The position numbers and the translations under genes are program-made. 64,000 nt of DNA from Bacteroides sp. (GTDB taxonomy: Bacteria; Bacteroidota; Bacteroidia; Bacteroidales; Bacteroidaceae): assembly GCA_019414725.1 (NCBI GenBank), contig DXLM01000006.1, positions 4,851-68,850 on the forward strand. Reading direction: 5' to 3'. The notes under the pieces are model-generated. The model ran no database searches and was not told the DNA's origin. It saw only the letters and a list, made by a program, of their open reading frames with translations. Shown piece by piece: positions 22,436 through 31,876 of the stretch; position 1 is the stretch's first letter, and the number at the start of each line of letters is the position of its first letter.

Positions 22436-22509
22436 GTCTAAGTCAAGTTTTCACAAAATTAGCGACTACACATGATATAAACAATACCACTAACATTAAT
22501 ATATATAAA

Positions 22510-22545
22510 AGAAAGCGGAGATGCCTCATCGCACCCCCGCTTTCT
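22510..22545 (-). terminator. Terminator after ilvC
   Basis: AGAAAGCGG / CCGCTTTCT hairpin. Confidence 0.6.
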
Positions 22546-22562
22546 ATACTAAATACTAACTA

Positions 22563-23606
22563 TTAATTATTTTCAGGACGAAGTTTACGTACGGTTACAG
22601 CCGTCTGCCACATTTCGCTTTCACGCAATGCTTTCAATTCTTCTTCCAATTTTTCACGATAATCGGGTTTAGAGTTAGAATCGATAGAAATCTGAGCCTC
22701 GTTGCCAGTCTTCACACTGTGATATAACTTTTCAACTACAGGTTTGATAGCATCATGAAACGGAGTCATCCAATCCAATGCACCGCGCTGAGCAGTAGTA
22801 GAGCAGTTAGCATACATCCAGTCCATACCATTCTTAGCAAACAAAGGCATCAATGACTGGGTTAATTCTTCTACAGTTTCATTAAACGCTTCAGAAGGGC
22901 TATGTCCGTTTTCACGCAATACTTCATACTGAGCCAACAACAATCCTTGGATAGCCCCCATTAAAGAACCGCGTTCACCAGTCAAGTCAGAAGTTGCTTC
23001 ACGCTGGAAAGTAGTTTCGAACAAATAGCCTGAACCGATACCAATACCCAATGCAATAGTACGTTCATAAGCCTTGCCGGTTACATCCTGATAGATAGCG
23101 TATGAAGAGTTCAAACCACGACCTTCCAAGAACATGGTACGCAGTGAAGTACCCGACCCTTTAGGAGCTACCATGATCACATCAATATCAGCAGGAGGAA
23201 CTACCCCTGTACGGTCACTCCAAGTAATAGCAAAGCCATGAGAGAAATAAAGTGCCTTGCCTTGAGTCAAGCAAGGTTTGATAGTCGGCCATACAGACAT
23301 AACAGCTGCATCAGATAACAGACACATTACGATAGTCGCTTTCTGACAAGCCTCTTCAATACCAAACAGAGTTTCACCCGGAACCCATCCGTCAGCAACT
23401 GCTTTTTCATATGTTTTTCCCGGACGCTGACCAACGATTACATTGAAACCATTGTCCCGGAGATTCAAAGACTGCCCCGGTCCCTGCACACCATACCCGA
23501 TCACAGCGATTGTTTCATCTTTCAATACTTCACGTGCTTTTTCCAAAGGAAATTCATCGCGGATAACTACAGTTTCTGTAACGCCGCCAAAATTCAATTG
23601 TGCCAT
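22563..23606 (-). CDS. ilvC: Ketol-acid reductoisomerase
   Basis: IGYGVQGPGQSLNLRDNG, FSHGF, APKGSG, SDLTGERG. Confidence 0.96.
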   Translation of the reverse strand: MAQLNFGGVTETVVIRDEFPLEKAREVLKDETIAVIGYGVQGPGQSLNLRDNGFNVIVGQRPGKTYEKAVADGWVPGETLFGIEEACQKATIVMCLLSDAAVMSVWPTIKPCLTQGKALYFSHGFAITWSDRTGVVPPADIDVIMVAPKGSGTSLRTMFLEGRGLNSSYAIYQDVTGKAYERTIALGIGIGSGYLFETTFQREATSDLTGERGSLMGAIQGLLLAQYEVLRENGHSPSEAFNETVEELTQSLMPLFAKNGMDWMYANCSTTAQRGALDWMTPFHDAIKPVVEKLYHSVKTGNEAQISIDSNSKPDYREKLEEELKALRESEMWQTAVTVRKLRPENN

Positions 23607-23640
23607 TTTAAATTATAAATTAAAAATTAAAAATTAGATT

Positions 23641-24384
23641 CTAAATAAATATCACCTTACTGCGAACGACAACATCTGTGCCATTCTTCTTCACCTCTAT
23701 ATCATATTCTTTCTCCCCCACTTCCTCGCGGTAGAAACTCAATATATCACCATAATAACTTTCAGCTACATAAGCCATCTCAAAACGTTTAATCCGTTTC
23801 TCCTTAAAAAATTCTATAGGAAACAGGTCGAGAATATGTTCTATATACTTAATACTGTTCACATGACCATTGATATCAATATCGCTATATCTGGTCTGGT
23901 ATTCAGAAACCGGAGTTTTCTCTGTCACCTTAATACGACCGGGCTTGCTTATAGGACATTCCTTATCGCATACATAATCAGTGATACTACCTCCGTGAAG
24001 CGTAAGCAAGTCAGCTGGTTTGCGAGTTTCCATACTGATCATCGCCCATACGGAACGGGCGTATCCGACAGCTTTTCCTTCCTTATCCAAAATTGCAAAA
24101 TTACGGTCTGTAAAAAGGCGATACACGTTCTCCACCCATGTCTGAATACTGAATCCCTCATATTGACAAGGCATATTCTCTAACTCTACAGCTAAACGGG
24201 AAAGTACCCATGTATAATGATTCTCATTGAGTGTAGCAATTCCAAATCCCCGGTCGGCAGCATGAAAGCCGGCACAATTCAGCAAATGGTTACCCAGCAC
24301 ACTCATAGTCAACTTTCCACTGAAATCACAGTGAAAGGGTTCTGCCACAAATCTGTATGTTCCTACTTTATTCTCACTCATCAT
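23641..24384 (-). CDS. Acyl-ACP thioesterase
   Basis: WVLSRL and YSDIDINGHVNSIKY motifs; ATG at 24384 overlaps the ilvN stop (TAATG). Confidence 0.88.
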   Translation of the reverse strand: MMSENKVGTYRFVAEPFHCDFSGKLTMSVLGNHLLNCAGFHAADRGFGIATLNENHYTWVLSRLAVELENMPCQYEGFSIQTWVENVYRLFTDRNFAILDKEGKAVGYARSVWAMISMETRKPADLLTLHGGSITDYVCDKECPISKPGRIKVTEKTPVSEYQTRYSDIDINGHVNSIKYIEHILDLFPIEFFKEKRIKRFEMAYVAESYYGDILSFYREEVGEKEYDIEVKKNGTDVVVRSKVIFI

Positions 24385-24938
24385 TATTCCGTTTTTTGCT
24401 GGCGATACTTTTCCTCGCGTTGGGTCAGATATTCGTTCACACGCTCGAAACAGCTGGTAGTAATCGCCACACGTCCCGAACGTACAAACTGCAACACACA
24501 TCCCAATCCGCGCAACTCCTCATAAAGAGCAGTAATTTCCTCACTCATTCCATTCTTTTCAACAATAGAGAAAACCGGATTTACTTCTACAATGCGGGCA
24601 CTATAACGGCGGATAACTTTAGATGCCATAGGATTCTCCTGAAATTCAGGAGTAGAAACCTTGTACAAAGCAATCTCATGCTGATAAATCTCACTATCAG
24701 TAAAATAATGTGCCTGCAAAACATCTATTTTCTTCTCAATCTGCTTCACCACCTTTTCTATCACATCCTGAGTAGTCCAGACAGTAATAGTATATTTATG
24801 CACTCCCTTGATGGAAGACGCAGAAACATTAAGACTTTCGATATTGATTTGGCGACGAGTAAACACAGCCGTAATCTGATTCAGCAAACCGGCGATATTT
24901 TCTGAATGAACGATTAATGTATATAATGTCTTATCCAT
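24384..24938 (-). CDS. ilvN: Acetolactate synthase small subunit
   Basis: ACT domain ENIAGLLNQITAVFTRRQINIESL; FVRSGRVA. Confidence 0.93.
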   Translation of the reverse strand: MDKTLYTLIVHSENIAGLLNQITAVFTRRQINIESLNVSASSIKGVHKYTITVWTTQDVIEKVVKQIEKKIDVLQAHYFTDSEIYQHEIALYKVSTPEFQENPMASKVIRRYSARIVEVNPVFSIVEKNGMSEEITALYEELRGLGCVLQFVRSGRVAITTSCFERVNEYLTQREEKYRQQKTE

Positions 24939-24948
24939 AATTATTAAA

Positions 24949-26646
24949 TTAGCATTCCAGTAACATCTGATTCACCGAGCTTCCCGGAGGTGTCATCGGC
25001 AATACATTTCCCTCTTCTATCACACAAGCCTCCAACAGGAACGGCCCGTCATTAGCCAGCATTTCATGGATAGCATCCTGCAATTCCTCGCGCTTTATGA
25101 CACGACGGGCAGGAATCTCGTATGCCTCGGCAATCTTCATGTAATCCGGATTCAACATCGGAGTAAATGAATAACGATGACCGAAAAACATAGCTTGCCA
25201 CTGACGAACATTACCCAAATAGTTATTGTTCAACAAAATAATCTTTACCGGCGCTTTTTGCTCCATGATAGTTCCCAATTCTTGAATATTCATCTGCAAA
25301 CCGCCATCACCCATAAATACGCATACAGTACGATCCGGGCAACCGAAAGTAGCGCCTATAGCAGCGGGAAGACCGAATCCCATTGTTCCCAATCCACCCG
25401 AAGTTACAATGCTACGGTTCTTACTGTATTTAAAATAACGAGCAGCCATCATTTGGTTCTGTCCCACATCTGTCACCAGTACGGCCTCATTATTCGAAGC
25501 CTCACTCACCGCACGCACCACTTCACCCATATTCAACGCCCCGTCAACAGGATGAATTTCTTTACTGATAACATGTTCATATTCCGTCTTTTCATATTCA
25601 GCAAAGCTATCAATCCATTCGGAGTGTTTATTCTCCCGGATAAGTTGCGTCAGCATAGCTAGCGTATGTTTACAATTACCTAATACGGGTACATCCACTT
25701 TTACATTCTTGTCTATTTCAGAATGGTCAATATCCAAATGAATCACCTTTGCCTGTTTAGCATATGTATCTAATTTTCCGGTTACACGGTCGTCAAAACG
25801 CATACCTACGGCAATCAACACATCACATTCATTAGTCTTGACATTGGGACCCAGATTTCCATGCATACCTAACATTCCTTTATTTAAAGGATGCGAAGTC
25901 GGTATAGCCGAAAGTCCCAGCAAAGTACAGCCACAAGGCATATCGGCTTTTTCTATGAATGCACGTAACTCATCTTGCGCGTTACCCAACTCTACCCCCT
26001 GCCCTACCAACACTAATGGCCTTTGGGCATTGTTTATCAATTCGGCAGCCTCCTGAAGAGATTCCTTATCAGGATTAGGTTCCGGATCATAACTACGGAT
26101 AAAATCAAGCTTCATCGGTTCATAATCCACCATCTCCACTTGTGCATTCTTGGCAAAGTCCAGAACAACAGGACCGGGACGTCCGCTTTTGGCTATATAG
26201 AAAGCACGGGCTACAGCCCAAGCTACATCTTCCGCACGGCGAATTTGGTAACTCCATTTGGTAATAGGCTGAGTGATACCCACCAGATCTACTTCCTGAA
26301 AAGCATCCGTACCCAAAAAAGAAGCTCCTACCTGTCCGGCAATCACCACAATAGGCGTGCTGTCAATCATAGCATCGGCAATGCCGGTGATGGTATTTGT
26401 CGCACCGGGTCCGCTAGTCACCAAACAGACACCAACCTCCCCGGATACGCGGGCAAATCCCTGTGCTGCATGGGCAGCTCCCTGTTCATGACGGACCAAT
26501 ATATGGTTCAATGTATCTTTATGATGATATAAAGCATCAAAAGTAGGCATGATAGAACCTCCGGGATATCCGAAAAGAGTTTTTACTCCTTGATACTCCA
26601 AAGAACGCATCATCGCCTCTGCTCCTGTTATCTTTTCTTTTGCCAT
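24949..26646 (-). CDS. ilvB: Acetolactate synthase large subunit
   Basis: FGYPGG, RHEQGA, TSGPGATN, GDGG..N TPP-binding motif. Confidence 0.97.
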   Translation of the reverse strand: MAKEKITGAEAMMRSLEYQGVKTLFGYPGGSIMPTFDALYHHKDTLNHILVRHEQGAAHAAQGFARVSGEVGVCLVTSGPGATNTITGIADAMIDSTPIVVIAGQVGASFLGTDAFQEVDLVGITQPITKWSYQIRRAEDVAWAVARAFYIAKSGRPGPVVLDFAKNAQVEMVDYEPMKLDFIRSYDPEPNPDKESLQEAAELINNAQRPLVLVGQGVELGNAQDELRAFIEKADMPCGCTLLGLSAIPTSHPLNKGMLGMHGNLGPNVKTNECDVLIAVGMRFDDRVTGKLDTYAKQAKVIHLDIDHSEIDKNVKVDVPVLGNCKHTLAMLTQLIRENKHSEWIDSFAEYEKTEYEHVISKEIHPVDGALNMGEVVRAVSEASNNEAVLVTDVGQNQMMAARYFKYSKNRSIVTSGGLGTMGFGLPAAIGATFGCPDRTVCVFMGDGGLQMNIQELGTIMEQKAPVKIILLNNNYLGNVRQWQAMFFGHRYSFTPMLNPDYMKIAEAYEIPARRVIKREELQDAIHEMLANDGPFLLEACVIEEGNVLPMTPPGSSVNQMLLEC

Positions 26647-26745
26647 AATTGTTTAGTTGAGAATTGAGATTCAAAAAAATACGATGCCGGACAACTGGCC
26701 GATGACAACGAAACTGTTTTTTATTCTCAATTTTTAATTTCTAAT

Positions 26746-28548
26746 TTAGTCAATGATTCTCACTCCTCCTTTATCTGCAGAACTTACCATACTAGCGTAT
26801 GCCTTCAAGCTTTTAGGAACTTTACGGTCGCGGGTCACCGGTGCCATCGGTCGGGCGGCCAATTCTTCGTCGCTCAGTTTCACATTGATACTGCGGTTCG
26901 GAATATCGATTTCAATTATATCACCATCCACTATTTTTCCGATATTACCACCCGCTGCAGCTTCGGGAGAAATATGCCCGATGCTTAATCCCGAGGTTCC
27001 TCCACTAAAACGTCCGTCGGTAATCAGAGCACATTCTTTTCCTAAATGCTTGGATTTGATATAAGAAGTAGGATAAAGCATTTCCTGCATACCGGGACCA
27101 CCTTTCGGACCTTCATGAGTGATAACAACAACATCTCCGCTGACTACCTTTCCTCCTAGAATACCTTCACAAGCAGCATCCTGCGAATCGAACACCTTGG
27201 CAGGTCCCGAGAATTTCCAAATACTTTCATCCACTCCGGCTGTTTTCACTACGCAACCATCCTGTGCAATGTTCCCTTTCAAAACAGCCAAACCTCCGTC
27301 CTTACTATAAGCATGTTGCAAATCACGGATACAACCATTGGCACGATCTGTATCCAGTTCTTTATAAACAGCATTCTGAGAACCCAGCTTTATATTGAAT
27401 TTGTTTCCCGGAGCACTTGAATAGATACGTTTTGCTTCAGTATCCACTTCCTTCTTACATATATTATATTTTTCGACAGCTTCCGCCAATGTCAGACCGT
27501 CCACTCGCTTCACATCGGTTTTCAGCAAACCACCCTTAGATAATTCTCCCAATATATTAAGGATACCGCCGGCACGGTTCACATCCTGGATATGATATTT
27601 CTGTGTGTTCGGAGCTACTTTACACAAACAAGGCACATGGCGTGAAAGCATATCAATATCATCCATCTTGAAATCTACTTCCGCCTCGTGGGCGATAGCT
27701 AAAAGATGGAGCACAGTATTGGTGGAACCACCCATTGCAATATCCAATGTCATGGCATTCAGAAAAGCATCACGAGTAGCAATGCTGCGTGGCAACACGC
27801 TGTCATCTCCTTCCTCATAGTATTTATAAGCATTCTTCACTATCAGAGCAGCCGCATCTTTAAACAACTGAGTACGGTTGGCATGAGTTGCCAAAATAGT
27901 GCCATTACCCGGAAGTCCCAGACCAATAGCCTCATTAAGACAATTCATGGAATTAGCCGTAAACATACCTGAACAGCAGCCACAGCCGGGACACGCATTA
28001 TCTTCTATTTGAGCCACATCCTCATCGCTGACCGATGCATCAGCAGATTTAATCATGGCGTCTATCAAATCAAGATGCTGGTTATTCCATTCTCCTGCCT
28101 CCATAGGACCACCCGATACAAAAACAGTCGGTATGTTCAGCCGCATGGCAGCCATCAGCATACCCGGAGTGATTTTGTCACAATTACTGATACACACCAT
28201 TGCATCCGCCTTATGAGCATTCACCATATATTCCACGCTGTCGGCAATGATATCACGACTGGGCAGTGAATATAGCATACCATCGTGTCCCATAGCTATT
28301 CCGTCATCAATGGCAATTGTATTGAACTCTGCTGCAAAACATCCCAGTTTTTCGATCTCGGCTTTTACTTGCTGACCTATTTCATGCAGATGGGTATGTC
28401 CCGGAACAAACTGTGTAAACGAATTTACTATGGCTATAATGGGCTTGCCCATCATTTCTTTTTTCATGCCGTTAGCTACCCATAAAGCTCTCGCTCCTGC
28501 CATACGGCGACCCTGTGTGCTAAACGAACTGCGTAACTGATTCTTCAT
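26746..28548 (-). CDS. ilvD: Dihydroxy-acid dehydratase
   Basis: [32 protein letters not shown]. Confidence 0.98.
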   Translation of the reverse strand: MKNQLRSSFSTQGRRMAGARALWVANGMKKEMMGKPIIAIVNSFTQFVPGHTHLHEIGQQVKAEIEKLGCFAAEFNTIAIDDGIAMGHDGMLYSLPSRDIIADSVEYMVNAHKADAMVCISNCDKITPGMLMAAMRLNIPTVFVSGGPMEAGEWNNQHLDLIDAMIKSADASVSDEDVAQIEDNACPGCGCCSGMFTANSMNCLNEAIGLGLPGNGTILATHANRTQLFKDAAALIVKNAYKYYEEGDDSVLPRSIATRDAFLNAMTLDIAMGGSTNTVLHLLAIAHEAEVDFKMDDIDMLSRHVPCLCKVAPNTQKYHIQDVNRAGGILNILGELSKGGLLKTDVKRVDGLTLAEAVEKYNICKKEVDTEAKRIYSSAPGNKFNIKLGSQNAVYKELDTDRANGCIRDLQHAYSKDGGLAVLKGNIAQDGCVVKTAGVDESIWKFSGPAKVFDSQDAACEGILGGKVVSGDVVVITHEGPKGGPGMQEMLYPTSYIKSKHLGKECALITDGRFSGGTSGLSIGHISPEAAAGGNIGKIVDGDIIEIDIPNRSINVKLSDEELAARPMAPVTRDRKVPKSLKAYASMVSSADKGGVRIID

Positions 28549-28581
28549 CTTATTCTAAATCTATAACGTCCTATACTTATT

Positions 28582-28616
28582 GAAAAAGCCTTCCTCACCA
28601 TGTGAGAAAGGCTTTC
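28582..28616 (-). terminator. Attenuator terminator upstream of ilvD
   Basis: mRNA GAAAGCCUUUCUCAC-AUG-GUGAGGAAGGCUUUUUC. Confidence 0.8.
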
Positions 28617-28658
28617 AATTATTTCTTTATATGTACAACTACACATACACAACCTTTC

Positions 28659-28733
28659 TCACGCTCCCAGTGTGACCACCACGACGCGAATAATATGCAG
28701 GACTGCCAGGTTATTTAGAGTAGTAATATTCAT
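28659..28733 (-). CDS. ilv operon leader peptide (24 aa)
   Basis: MNITTLNNLAVLHIIRVVVVTLGA*: Ile/Val/Leu-rich, directly upstream of the terminator. Confidence 0.8.
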   Translation of the reverse strand: MNITTLNNLAVLHIIRVVVVTLGA

Positions 28734-28764
28734 ATATCTGTTTTCTTTGTTTCTTTAACGACTG

Positions 28765-28795
28765 CAAAGGTAAAGCGTTTTTTGTAACAAACAAA
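28765..28795 (-). promoter_or_regulatory. Bacteroidetes housekeeping promoter of the ilv leader
   Basis: TTTG-N19-TACCTTTG on the minus strand. Confidence 0.7.
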
Positions 28796-28958
28796 TAAAA
28801 TGAAGATTTTTTTTCTTATAAATTATCATTCGTAACTAAATCGGGCTTTAAACAATCATTTTATCACAAATATACACTATATCTTCCGACGGATAAATAA
28901 AAAAGAGAATACAAACCAATGCACTCTCTTTTCTATTCATTTATTTCATTTTATAAAT

Positions 28959-29333
28959 TTACTTATTCGCCACATCTTCCATATAGGAATCCAACCCTTT
29001 GTTTTTCAATGTGACATTCAACAACTGCACATACTTCTTGTACTGCTCATTTGTCAATGTACGTTTCATCAGTTTGAAGTTTCCATATACGGCTTCACGC
29101 AATTTTTTACCTTGTTTAGCTTCTTTTGCGTAGCTTGCGCTTTGCACTTTGTCAGCAAAATAATCAGAAATATTAGCAACCTCCTCCATCTGACGTGCAT
29201 CCAGATTCAAATATTTGCTCAACTTTGCGACGTTAACATCTACCTTCCAATCTTTACCTTCTACTTTTTCTCCTGCAAAACTTGTAGCTGACATTCCTAA
29301 TGCCACTACAACCAACAATACTAAACGTTTCAT
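28959..29333 (-). CDS. Secreted helical hypothetical protein
   Basis: 124 aa; signal peptide ending SFA. Confidence 0.75.
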   Translation of the reverse strand: MKRLVLLVVVALGMSATSFAGEKVEGKDWKVDVNVAKLSKYLNLDARQMEEVANISDYFADKVQSASYAKEAKQGKKLREAVYGNFKLMKRTLTNEQYKKYVQLLNVTLKNKGLDSYMEDVANK

Positions 29334-29695
29334 AATACCTAAAATTTTAATTTGTTAAACCTAAAAACAATTTACTTAGTACCTAGTACCCAAGAACTAA
29401 ATAATACCTTTTAAAAACAATCTCGTTATCTCATTCTCTTTACGTTGCAAATATAACAACATGCTTTATAACATGTTGTCATATATCTGTTAATTAAAGC
29501 AAACATCTATCAAAACGAGCAGTTAATTGATTTATATCAAGGATTAAACGCCACCGAAAATGCATTTATAGTATCATAATAACAAATTTATGTAATATAA
29601 ACGTAATAACAAAGGATTAAGGGGAATTAATTCGTATCTTTGCCAACGGAAAACTTACGTAAGTAGTTTATATTACATTATTATAATAAGAAAAC

Positions 29696-30274
29696 ATGGA
29701 AAATAAGTACATCACCGTAGCATACAAACTTTATGTAATGCAAGACGGCCAGAAAACATTGGTAGAAGAAGCAACTGTAGAACATCCTTTCCAGTTCATA
29801 TCCGGCTTAGGAACCACACTGGAACGCTTTGAAACAGAAATAACAGCCTTGAAGAAGGGTGATAAATTTGAATTTGTCATTCCTACCGCAGAAGCCTACG
29901 GAGAATATATGCCCGAAGGTGTGCGCACTGTATCTAAAGATATGTTCACCATTGATGGTGTTTTTGATGAAGAACGTATCTTCCCGGGGGCTGTCATTCC
30001 CTTACAGGACAATGAAGGCCATCACTTCTACGCTACCGTAAGCGAAGTAACCAATGACACTGTTACTGTAGATTTAAACCATCCTCATGCAGGTAAAGAT
30101 CTCACTTTTGAAGGTGAAGTAGTAGAATCCCGCACAGCCACTAATGAAGAAATTCAGGAAATGGTAAAAATGATGAGTGGAGAAGGATGCGGCTGTGGTT
30201 GTGGTGACTGCGGAGGTGGATGCGGTGATGGTTGTAGTGATGAAAACAACTGTGGATGCGGACATTGCCACTAA
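29696..30274 (+). CDS. slyD: FKBP-type peptidyl-prolyl isomerase SlyD
   Basis: AEAYG and VDLNHPHAGKDLTF motifs; Cys/Gly/His-rich tail. Confidence 0.9.
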   Translation: MENKYITVAYKLYVMQDGQKTLVEEATVEHPFQFISGLGTTLERFETEITALKKGDKFEFVIPTAEAYGEYMPEGVRTVSKDMFTIDGVFDEERIFPGAVIPLQDNEGHHFYATVSEVTNDTVTVDLNHPHAGKDLTFEGEVVESRTATNEEIQEMVKMMSGEGCGCGCGDCGGGCGDGCSDENNCGCGHCH

Positions 30275-30300
30275 TCCAATTTGAAAAATAATAAAACGAG

Positions 30301-30331
30301 AAAAGGGCGGATTTTTTGTTCCGCCCTTTTT
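30301..30331. terminator. Bidirectional terminator
   Basis: AAAAGGGCGGA / TCCGCCCTTTT between convergent genes. Confidence 0.8.
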
Positions 30332-30421
30332 GTTTCTCTCTATAGGATATCCGGATATTTCTTAATCTTTTCAGAATACTCCTATCGATAATATAAATTC
30401 TATCGCAAAATTATCGCTTTA

Positions 30422-31873
30422 TTACTTTTCCACATTCTGTGTAATCGTTCCATTTCCAGGATTAGATACGGCTTCACGCGGAAAAGGCATAATCCATAAA
30501 TGCGAATCAGACTTTAGAATATACTCTTTTCCTTCAATAGTACGTGGAAAAGTACGGGCATACTCCGGGTCCTTATTCAAACGTCTATAATCACAATATA
30601 TAACCTGAGTCTGGATATATTCACTCTCTTTATCTCTTATTATTTTTTCCACTGCTTCTTTCGTTGTTGCAGCAGTCCAATCTTGATAAAACTCAGGAAG
30701 AATACGTGTTTTTCTCACCTTATTCACCAGTTCCATTGCTTCTCTAATATTAGCTTCTCCCCCTTTACGAGCCAAACATTCGGCCTTTATATAATACATT
30801 TCAGGTGAACGCATACCTCCTTTATTCATTTCCAAAGCATAGATACCCGCATAATAAGGAATACCGGAAGATGACACTCTGGATTTCCAATGGGTCAGCA
30901 GACGAGTATCCCCCTTTTCAAAACGAGCCGCCCGTTCAGGAGAAATAGCGTAGCTTGTGTTATTCAAACCAGTCCAGCCTGAAGTGGAAGATCCATAACA
31001 ATAAATATAATTCTCTACATTATCTGTTTCAGGATTACCGGCTACCCCTGATGTATAATTCTTGGGATCATCATAGCGCTCCTTATCCGCCTCATAAAGA
31101 TCTATCCAGTTAAAAAGCTGGTCATTTTGCTCCAATGCCAATGAAGCGTTCTTCAAAGCATTGTCATAATCCCCCATAGACAAATACACTCGAGCCAACA
31201 TACCATATCCAAGTGCCCGATTAGGATGAAGAATCGACTCACTATGTACAGGCAGATCTTCAACCGCCTTATTCAAATCATCAAGCATAAACTCATAGAT
31301 TGTTTGCAAAGTTACCTGCGGCGACGGAGCCTCCACAGAAGCCGAAGTTATCAAAGGAACTGACAGTTTATCCTTAGTAGCCTCATCATACTGGTCAGCA
31401 TAAAAATTAGCCAAATAAAAATAATGCATGGCTCTAAGAACACGTCCCTGAGCTATTAACTGACGGCGCTGAACCTCCGTACATTCTGTCGCATCCGGTA
31501 CATCCTCTACGATTAGATTCCACGCAAAAAGTCCCTCATAAGCATTAAAATAAGGGTTCTTATCATTGCCTGTCATTAAGTCTATTCGATTTACAGATTC
31601 ATCTGCGTAATAATTGGCACGTGTTAACGACGGACTAGTTACGGCAGAAGGAAGTTTAAATATATCTCCTGCTAATACCGCAAGCTGATCGGGATCAAGA
31701 AAATGGTAGGAAAAATTATTTCGGATAAAAGCATTATAGTCTTCCCATGTCTTCGGAATCTTCTGCCCTTTCGGCACATCATCCAAATAATCATCACAAG
31801 CGGAAAGCATCATAGCCACCATAACAAAAAGCAGACTGCTTATCTTTATCATTTGTTTTTTCATATTATTCAT
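30422..31873 (-). CDS. SusD/RagB family outer-membrane lipoprotein
   Basis: LSAC-DDYLD lipobox; RAMHYFYL, ARVYLSMGDY, EMYYIKAEC. Confidence 0.92.
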   Translation of the reverse strand: MNNMKKQMIKISSLLFVMVAMMLSACDDYLDDVPKGQKIPKTWEDYNAFIRNNFSYHFLDPDQLAVLAGDIFKLPSAVTSPSLTRANYYADESVNRIDLMTGNDKNPYFNAYEGLFAWNLIVEDVPDATECTEVQRRQLIAQGRVLRAMHYFYLANFYADQYDEATKDKLSVPLITSASVEAPSPQVTLQTIYEFMLDDLNKAVEDLPVHSESILHPNRALGYGMLARVYLSMGDYDNALKNASLALEQNDQLFNWIDLYEADKERYDDPKNYTSGVAGNPETDNVENYIYCYGSSTSGWTGLNNTSYAISPERAARFEKGDTRLLTHWKSRVSSSGIPYYAGIYALEMNKGGMRSPEMYYIKAECLARKGGEANIREAMELVNKVRKTRILPEFYQDWTAATTKEAVEKIIRDKESEYIQTQVIYCDYRRLNKDPEYARTFPRTIEGKEYILKSDSHLWIMPFPREAVSNPGNGTITQNVEK

Positions 31874-31876
31874 CCT

